Source of the DNA: Octopus sinensis
Lineage: Eukaryota
Direction of reading: 5' to 3'
NCBI RefSeq assembly: GCF_006345805.1
Contig: NC_043004.1
Location: 92,070,001 to 92,134,000 of the forward strand
Length of the DNA stretch: 64,000 nt
Part shown: positions 54,961-64,000 of the stretch, piece by piece
Position numbering within the stretch: the stretch's first letter is position 1
Layout: each line of letters starts with the position of its first letter
Position numbers and translations under genes: made by a program
The notes under the pieces: generated by a model
Told to the model about the DNA's origin: nothing
The model's input: the letters and a program-made list of their open reading frames with translations, nothing else
Database searches by the model: none

Positions 54961-55160
54961 AGCGGCGAGCTGGCAGAAACGTTAGCACGCTTAGCAACAT
55001 TGCATCCGTCTTTACGTTCTGAGTTCAAATTCCACCTAGGTCGACTATGCCTTTTATCACTTCAGAATCGATAGAATAAATAACAGTCGAAAACTGGGGT
55101 CGATGTAATCGACTAACTCCTTCTCTAAAATTGCTGATCTTGTGCCAAAAATTTGAAACC
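54961..55160 (+). mobile_element. Family B SINE, alternative tail
   Basis: GCGGCGAGCTGGCAGAAACG head; tail GATCTTGTGCCAAAAATTTGAAACC. Confidence 0.8.
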
Positions 55161-57453
55161 AATATTGCTAATTTAATTGGCCATCTTGTTGCTGTTGTTG
55201 CTAATATTACTGCTATTTCTAGCATTACTGCTATTGAGGATTTTCCCGCTGCTGCTGGCGTTACTGTTGCTTTTGATTTTACTGTTATTTTAGGTGTCAC
55301 TGTTGTTGCTGTTGCTACTATAACTACTGCTGTTGCAATCATTATTGTTATTGCCGCTGTTGTTGCTAATATTACCACTGTTACTTGCATTGCTGTTTCT
55401 CCTGTTGCGTTAATATTTTTGCCGTTGATACTGCTGTTACTGAACTACTTTTGGTCTTGGTATTAGTACCATTGCTATTGCTAGCGGTTTTATGGTTGTT
55501 GCTATTAATACTATTACTAATATTATTACTGTTGTTGCTAACTCTAATATTACCGCTCTTACTATTGTGAGTATTACTACTACTGCGAACATCACTGCCG
55601 TTGATAATACAACAGCTGTTGCTAACACCAATGCTGTTGCGAACATTACTGTTGTTACGATCATTACTGCTGCAGTTGTTATCAATATTACTACAACAGT
55701 TTCTGTTTTTGTTCTTTCTGCTATTTTTGGTGTTTACTCCTGTTACTCTTGTTGCTATCATTACTACTGTCACTGAGTTAGTAACTGTTGTTGCTAATAT
55801 CATTGCTTTTGCTGGCTTTTTGATGCTATTACTGATGCTAATATTACTGCGCTTGCTGATGTTGCTGTTGTTGCTATTGTTGTTGTTATTGCTGTTAGTA
55901 TTACTACTGCTGCAAGCATTACTGCTGTTGCTAACATTGCTTTTGCTGCGAAGATTACTGGTGTTACTGGCGTTATTGTTATTGCTCCTGTTGCTAATAT
56001 TAGCATCTGTTTTCACTACGATTGCTAGTGTTACCATTGCTGCTGCTGCTGTTGCTGCTATTACTCCTGGTTTCCATGTTACTGTCGTCGGTTGTTGCTA
56101 ACATCACTGCTGTTGCTATCGCTGACATAATAATGCTGTTGTTGGTGTTATTCCTGTTGTTGCAACTGTTATAGACGTTAGTGTTGTTGCTGCTCTTACG
56201 ACAGTTGCTAATTTCATTGATATTAATGATGACTTTGCTGTTGTTATGTCACTGGTATGGTTGTTGTTGCTACTGCTGTAGTTATGTCTGACGGGTAAAG
56301 AAGTAATTGCTATCGGCGATGTCTCGGTCGTAGTTGTCAAATTTTATTCTAGATGCTGCTGCTGCTGCTGTTGCTGTTACTAATATGGCTACTACTCTTC
56401 CTGCTGGTATGCTAATTTACTACGTGTACTAATATGCTGATTTGGATGTGGAGGTGCCGCTATTGGTCTGTGTGGTTACGGTGGTGATGGCTGTGGCGGT
56501 ATATGTAGTAGCGGTGATGGTAGTGTTGGCGATGGTAGTGATGGTGATGGTAATGATAATGATTGTAGCGGTGGTGCTGGTGGTGGTGGTCGTTGTCGTT
56601 TTGATGGGGATGATGGTGGTGATGACGGTGTTGGTAGTATGGAAGTCGTAGGGATGGAGAGAGTAGTGATGGTATCGATGGTGATGGTGATGGCTGTGAT
56701 GGTAATGAGGGTAGTGACGGTAATAGTAGTGGTTGTGATGGTGGTGGTGGTGGTTGTGGTTGTGGTAGTGTTGGTCGTGGTGGTGGTGATGGTGGTGATG
56801 GTAGTTGATGGTTATGGTGGCTGTGGTGGTGGTGGTGATGGTGGTGATGGTTGTGGTGGTGGTGATGGTGGTGATGATGGTGGTGGTTGTGGTGGTGGTG
56901 GTGATGGTGGTGATGATGGTGATGATGGTGGTAGTGGTGGTGGCGGGGATTGTGGTGGTGGTTGTAGTGGTGGTGATCTTAGTGTGGTAGTAAAGTGGTG
57001 CTTTGTTATCATATTGCTGTATTCTTAGCCCGGATCAGCCTTCACAGAGCAGAGGCATCATTTTAGACACTCGACTCGTGACGGTCCCATCTTTTCTTCA
57101 TGTCTAAGAACCCCAGGATTACATTATCCAAAATCCTTTCGGCTTAACATATCAGAGTCCGAGTTGAGGGTAATTTCATGCTACTTCTAGAGGGTCGAGG
57201 AACCACGTAGGTGCTTCTTCGTGTAGTAGTAGTGGGGACGGCAGTGTTGGTTGTCGTGCGGGGGTGATGTTTTGTCACGATATTGCCGTTGCACTTGATT
57301 GTCGCTGGTGGTAGACTGTAGCAGATAGCGATACAACTGCAGATTGTAACCACAATGCTACTGTTGCTGTTGCTACTATTCTGTGGGTTTATATCCTGTT
57401 ATAATTGTGGTTATTTAGCCCTCGATCAGCCCTGATGGACGCGACTTACGGCA

Positions 57454-59668
57454 CAAAGTGATCCAGCCGTGTCAATCCCGACCGTTCTCTGAACGAGTGT
57501 ATAACGACCACATAATTCTAGGTACCCTTCTAGTACAAAGCGATTCTGCCGTGCTAATGCCCATTATTCTCTGTCAAAGTGTACACAGACTATATAATTT
57601 TAGGTACCTTTCTGGTACTAAGCGATTCAGCATGCCTATCCTGACTATTTTCTATCAGCGTGTATAAAGACTATATAATTCTAGGTACCCTTCCGGTGCA
57701 AAGCGATCCAGCCCTGCCAATCTCTGCTATTCTCAATCATAGTGTATAAAGACAATACAATTCCATCTGCCCTCCTAATATAAAGCGATCCAAACGTGCC
57801 AATCATGACAATTCTCTACAAACATGTATAAAAGCTATATATTTCCATCTGTTCTTCTGTCACAAAGCGATCCAGCCGTGCCAATCCTGACTATTCTCTA
57901 TCAACATGTATAAAAGCTATATAATTCCAGCTGTCCTTCTGGTACAAAGCGGCCCAGCCGTGCCAATCCTCACTATTCTCTATCAACATGTGTAAGAGCT
58001 ATATAATTCCAGCTGTCCTTCTGGTACAAAGCGGTCCAGCCGTGCCAATCCTTACTATTCTCTATCAACATGTATAAAAGCTATATAATTCCAGCTGTCC
58101 TTCTGGTACAAAGCGATCCAGCCGTGCCAATCTTGACTATTCTCTATCAACATGTATAAAAGCTATATAATTCCAGCTGTCCTTCTGGTACAAAGCGATC
58201 CAGCCGTGCCAATCTTAACTATTCTCTATCAACATGTGTAAGAGCTATATAATTCCAGCTGTCCTTCTGGTACAAAGCGATCCAGCCGTGCCAATCCTGA
58301 CTATTCTCTATCAACATGTATAAAAGCTATATAATTCCAGCTGTCCTTCTGGTACAAAGCGATCCAGCCGTGCCAATCCTTACTATTCTCTATCAACATG
58401 TATAAAAGCTATATAATTCCAGCTGTCCTTCTGGTACAAAGCGATCCAGCCGTGCCAATCTTGACTATTCTCTATCAACATGTATAAAAGCTATATAATT
58501 CCAGCTGTCCTTCTGGTACAAAGCGGTCCAGCCGTGCCAATCCTGACTATTCTCTATCAACATGTGTAAGAGCTATATAATTCCAGCTGTCCTTCTGGTA
58601 CAAAGCGATCCAGCCGTGCCAATCCTTACTATTCTCTCTCAATATGTATAAAAGCTATATAATTCCAGCTGTCCTTCTGGTACAAAGCGATCCAGCCGTG
58701 CCAATCCTGACTATTCTCTATCAACATGTATAAAAGCTATATAATTCCAGCTGTCCTTCTGGCACAAAGCGATCCAGCCGTGCCAATCCTGACTATTCTC
58801 TATCAACATGTATATAAGCTATATAATTCCAGCTGTCCTTCTGGTACAAAGTGATCCAGCCGTGCCAATCTTGACTATTCTCTATCAACATGTGTAAGAG
58901 CTATATAATTCCTGCTGTCCTTCTGGTACAAAGCGATCCAGCCGTGCCAATCCTGACTATTCTCTATCAACATGTATAAAAGCTATATAATTCCAGCTGC
59001 CCTTCTGATAATAAAGCGGTCCAACCGTACCAGTCCTGACTATTCTTTATCAACATGTATAAAGCTATATAATTCCAGCTGTCCTTCTGGTACAAAGCGA
59101 TCCAACTGTGCCAGTCCCGACTATTCTCTACAAATATGTATAAAAGCTATATAATTCCAGCTGTCCTTCTGGTACAAAAGGATCCAGCCGTGCCAGTCCC
59201 GACTATTCTCTACAAGCATGTATAAAAGCTATATAATTCCAGCTGTCCTTCTGGCACAAAGCGATCCAGCCGTGCCAGTCCCGACTATTCTCTACAAACA
59301 TGTATAAAAGCTATATAATTCCAGCTGTCCTTCTGGTACAAGGCGATCCAGCCGTGCCAATCTTGACTATTCTCTATCAACATGTGTAAGAGCTATATAA
59401 TTCCAGCTGTCCTTCTGATACAAAGCGATCCAGCCGTGCCAGTCCCGACTATTCTCTATCGACGTGTATGAAAATTATATATTTTTAGGTACTTTACTAG
59501 TATAAAGCTGTCCAGCTGTGTCAATCCCGACTATTTTCTGTCAGATTGTATTTTAAAGACCATATAGTTCTAAGCTACCCTTTTAGTAGAAAGTGATCCG
59601 ACCGTGCCAGTCCTGATTATTTTCTGTCAGAGTGTATGAAGATCATATAATTCTGGGTACCCTTCTTT
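57454..59668. repeat. 82-bp tandem minisatellite, ~27 copies
   Basis: Core unit ATAATTCCAGCTGTCCTTCTGGTACAAAGCGATCCAGCCGTGCCAATCCTGACTATTCTCTATCAACATGTATAAAAGCTAT; the CAAAG anchor recurs at 57454, 57536 ... 57945, 58027 ... 59421, 59503, 59589. Confidence 0.97.
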
Positions 59669-60537
59669 TCATAAGAAGGTAGTGTGTGATAAGAGGATAA
59701 ATTCGAACGAACTCCCAATGAAACCCTCTTCGTTTGGCCCCGGAGCAGTCCTGATGCGGAAGACCTATGATCAAAGGCATTCCAGCCGTGATCTTCCCGT
59801 CTTTCATTCGAACATTTAGGACCACATCATTTACAGTTATTCCTTCTTTTAAGATGGTACAATATGATATGATTGAAGGGGTATGTAGCTACTGTTTCTA
59901 GCATATCAAAGAACCGCATCGAAACTCACGTGTTACCTTGTCCCCCCCCCATGTTGTTGTTGTTGTTGTTAGTGTAGTGCAAGGTCTACGTAATCTACAG
60001 TCGATTTCCCGCTGTATTTGCCGACAACTATATTTGTTGTAGTTTTCTTGCACTTTTGTCGATGTTGACCTTGCTTATGATTTTATTGTTGTTGATGTTG
60101 TTGTCTCCCATACTGTTGCCGATGCTGCTGCTGCTGCTACTACTACTGCTGCTACTACTACTGCTGTACTACTAGAGTTGACGTCGTTTTTGTTGCTGTT
60201 ATCGTTGTTATTGTTGTACTTTTACTACTGTTAACCTCACAAATGCTGTTAGTTTTGTTATTGTTAACGTTGTCCATCACGTTGTTGTTCCTGTCGTTGT
60301 TGTTGTCGTTGCACTTATATCGCAGTTAATCTTCTTGATACTGTTTGTTTTTACTGCAGTTCACACTGTGGTTGTCGATCTGAATGATGCTGATGCTGCT
60401 ATTACAGTCCTTGCACTTTTACTGCTCTTAACCTCGCCGATGATGTTGTTTATATTTCTATTGGCATTGTTGTTGTTTAACCCAAAGTCAGTCCCGGTCG
60501 AGTAAGCCTATTGTCCTTCATTCAGACATATATATAT

Positions 60538-60652
60538 ATAATTATAATTAAGGGTTAATTGCAACAAGTTGCTCAATTTTGGGTGCTATTTCTAATATTT
60601 TCGGTATATGGTTTTGAGCAACTTGTTGCAATTAACCCTTAATTATAATTAT
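60538..60652. repeat. Perfect 39-bp inverted repeat with 37-nt spacer
   Basis: ATAATTATAATTAAGGGTTAATTGCAACAAGTTGCTCAA at 60538-60576; its reverse complement at 60614-60652. Confidence 0.92.
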
Positions 60653-60746
60653 TATAACCCTTACCAAATATGGTTTTTTCCATACCGATAAATCTACTTG
60701 GTGAAATTTATTAATTTTATTAAATTAATTATATTCCACCCTTTTT

Positions 60747-61389
<643 letters not shown>

Positions 61390-62100
61390 TGCATCTAGGA
61401 CTACGTTATCCCTTAGAAGAGAACCTAGAGTATGATAAGAGGAAGATTTGGCTGCTGTGTCTAGTAGATCGGCTTGTTTTTATTGTTACTGGTGTTGTTG
61501 CTGGTGGGTATTTTCGCTGCTTCTGTTATTGTTGTTGTTGTAATATTTATTAGCTGTAACAGCTTTAGAAATCTTACATAAACATATAAAGTATACATGT
61601 TGTTGTTGTTGTTGTTGCCGCTGTCCTCGCTTGTTGTTGTGTTGCCCCAAGTCAGCCCTGTTCCACCAGACTTATGATCAAATATATATCCCACAAAATA
61701 TAAAAAAGATAAACACCGTGTGTTTAGTTATAAGTATAGTGTATCTTGGACTAAATTATTCAGTGAGTTCGTTTTGTAAAATGTGATGTGATTTGAGGTG
61801 GGTTTCAGTATCATTTCTACGATGTTGAGAAACCTGGTAGAAGCACAGTGGTTGGCTCATATTGTAGACGTATAATGCTATGTAGACTTGTTTTATCTTG
61901 TGCAGATATTTATGGCCCAAAGCATTTCAACTGTGACCATTCTGACCTTTATTCAAACATTACTATTGTATTTTAGTCTTCTAATGTGATGTGGGCGTTT
62001 AATATATTGTTCATTAGTATAGACATCTAGTGTGATGTAGTTGTGTGGAGTACGGGATAGGATAATGTAAAGAAGTCTAGTCTGACGAAGGATTAGTAAA

Positions 62101-62273
62101 TAGGCGTAGGAGTGACTGTGTGGTAAGTAGCTTGCTTACCAACCACATGGTTCCGGGTTCAGTCCCAGTGTGTGGCATCTTGGGTAAGTGTCTTCTACTA
62201 TAGCCTCGAGCCGACCAAAACCTTGTGAGTGGATTTGGTAGACGGAAACTGAAAGAAACCCGTCGTATATATG

Positions 62274-62355
<82 letters not shown>

Positions 62356-62575
62356 TGTATGTTTGTGTGTCTGTGTTTGTCCCCCAACATCGCTTGACAA
62401 CCGATTCTGGTGTGTTTACGTCCTCGTAATATAGCGGTTCGGCAAAAGAGACCGATAGAATAAGTACTAGGCTTACAAAGAATAAGTCCTGGTGTCGATT
62501 TGCTCGACTAAAGGCGGTGCTCCAGCATGACCACAGTCAAATGACTGAATCACGTAAAAGAGTAAAAGAGTAAAT
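62101..62575 (+). mobile_element. Family A SINE
   Basis: Match to 899-1313; possible TSD AGTAAATA. Confidence 0.9.
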
Positions 62576-63059
62576 ATAATGTCGTGAAGTGCAAAAAAGT
62601 GCTGTGTAGTGTCACGTAGAGTGGTACAGAGTTTTGGTATACTGCAACAGAAAAATGTTGTTGTTGCTGATACTGTTGTTGATAAAGATGATGATTGTGG
62701 TGATGGTGATGGTAGTGAGGATACTTAGATATTGATCAGTACCTAAATCGTGAAGACATATGATCAAAGAACAGCAGTCGTGATTATCAAGTCTTTTATG
62801 GGTTGCTTTTCAGAATCATTATCCAATAGTATATTTTGACATTTTTTTTTGTAAAGACTGTAGGATGTAAACTGAAGGAGAATTTGGCTGCCATTTCTAT
62901 TTGATCGAGTAACCATTCAAAAATAGCGAAGTAAAATATAGTGTAGGGACTGTAATGTGACGTAGGATTGTAATCATTTATACATGAGTATACATACGTA
63001 CATACATATATATATATATATATAAATATACACGTACATATATATTTTTTTTTTTTTCA

Positions 63060-63273
63060 ATATGTGACCTCGTGAGTACCGCTGGCGATTTTTTCCCCTC
63101 TGTCTTCCCTTCTCGGGATTTTTCCTTCTCCTATGTTTCCGACGAAGAGCTCCGCTCGAAATGTTAAACCCCTCCTTCTTCCCTTCTTTCCTGAGCGTCC
63201 AATAATTTATTTGTTCCACGTCCTCGCGTTGTTGTGTTTTTTGTTTTTTTGTGTTTCTTGTTTGGATTAACTT

Positions 63274-63275
<2 letters not shown>
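63060..63275 (+). mobile_element. Short repeat, probably Penelope-derived, with hammerhead-like motif (copy 2)
   Basis: Homologous to 21181-21385; motif at 63135-63169. Confidence 0.6.
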
Positions 63276-63361
<86 letters not shown>

Positions 63362-63875
63362 CACGCATATATATATATACATATATATATTACACACACA
63401 CACAAACATACACACATACACATACAGACATATACACACACATACACATACACACACACACGAGAGGATGGTGAAAAGTTCCTGGCTTTGGGTAAAAGAA
63501 AATACAGTTAATTATGATTTTACTCAACATATTCCCCTCTCAGGTTCACACACCTTTTAGAGCAGTTCTTCAGGCTTTTTTAAGCTTATAGGAACTCTTC
63601 AGCAACCCCTCACAAACACACACTCACACACACACTTACACACACACACATACACACACACACACACATCTATAAACACATAAAGTGTAGAAAATTATAA
63701 GGCTGTATAGAGAAGAAATATAGTAACATATAATACCTTGTTTCAGTATAACATGATACAGGGAAATGTATATGTGGTCTAGACAGTATGGTTGCGATGT
63801 CGTATAACATAGTGTAGTTGTTACACAGTAGCTTAAAGAAGTATTCCAAAATATTAACATTCTGTGTAATGTTAA

Positions 63876-64000
63876 GGCGGTGTGACCTAGCAGAATCGTT
63901 AGTACGGCGGGAAAATTTGCTTAGCGGCATAATTTCGTCCGTGTTTACGTTCTGTGTTCAAATTCAGTCGAGTTCGACTTTTACCTTTCATTGGTTTCGG
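63876..64000 (+). mobile_element. Degenerate family B SINE head, cut by the window edge
   Basis: GGCGG..GCAGAATCGTTAG..GTTCAAATTCAGTCGAGTTCGACTTT. Confidence 0.65.

Larger units (their letters stand above)
52760..57000. repeat. Strand-biased cryptic trinucleotide low-complexity region (GTT/GCT/ACT, then GGT/GAT)
   Basis: Direct observation; interrupted by SINEs; ORFs on both strands are short and compositionally monotonous. Confidence 0.85.

Noticed and set aside
53678-57028. Ser/Asn/Thr-rich, Leu-rich or Gly-rich ORFs as mucin-like or structural proteins
   Set aside because: Frames are short, overlap on both strands, are interrupted by SINEs and simply mirror trinucleotide repeats.
57454-59668. 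CRISPR-like appearance of the regular array
   Set aside because: Monomers are contiguous near-identical 82-mers with no unique spacers, no cas genes are present, and the context is eukaryotic.

Overview
Repeat-dense, AT-rich eukaryotic DNA, intronic or intergenic. It is most likely from an octopus; this is inferred from the tRNA-derived SINE families and the very high (AT)n/(GATA)n microsatellite load. No host-gene exon could be identified with confidence. The window contains one near-full-length, almost intact Tx1-type (L1-group, APE-RT-zinc finger) retrotransposon on the minus strand (5430-10775) and a near-identical 5'-truncated copy (13660-14565). It also holds an old Tx1 relic, RTE, R4/Dong-like, CR1-like and Penelope-like remnants, several Tc1/mariner-superfamily relics (Tc1, DD37D maT, rosa-like nested in a mariner, a Tigger-like MITE), Helitron-like ends, at least three modular SINE families, two foldback palindromes and a ~27-copy 82-bp minisatellite. 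Most interesting observations: (1) both young Tx1 copies sit inside (GATA)n/(TATC)n tracts at both junctions and in the same orientation, suggesting a GATA-microsatellite-targeting retrotransposon; (2) one SINE family carries a 3' tail matching the last ~55 nt of this Tx1 (43/52 aligned positions), suggesting a Tx1-SINE partnership; (3) minimal hammerhead-ribozyme-like motifs occur in Penelope-derived short repeats; (4) the 82-bp array appears to have grown out of a dispersed repeat, with ancestral-type edge monomers and a homogenised core. Most listed short ORFs are microsatellite translation artefacts.
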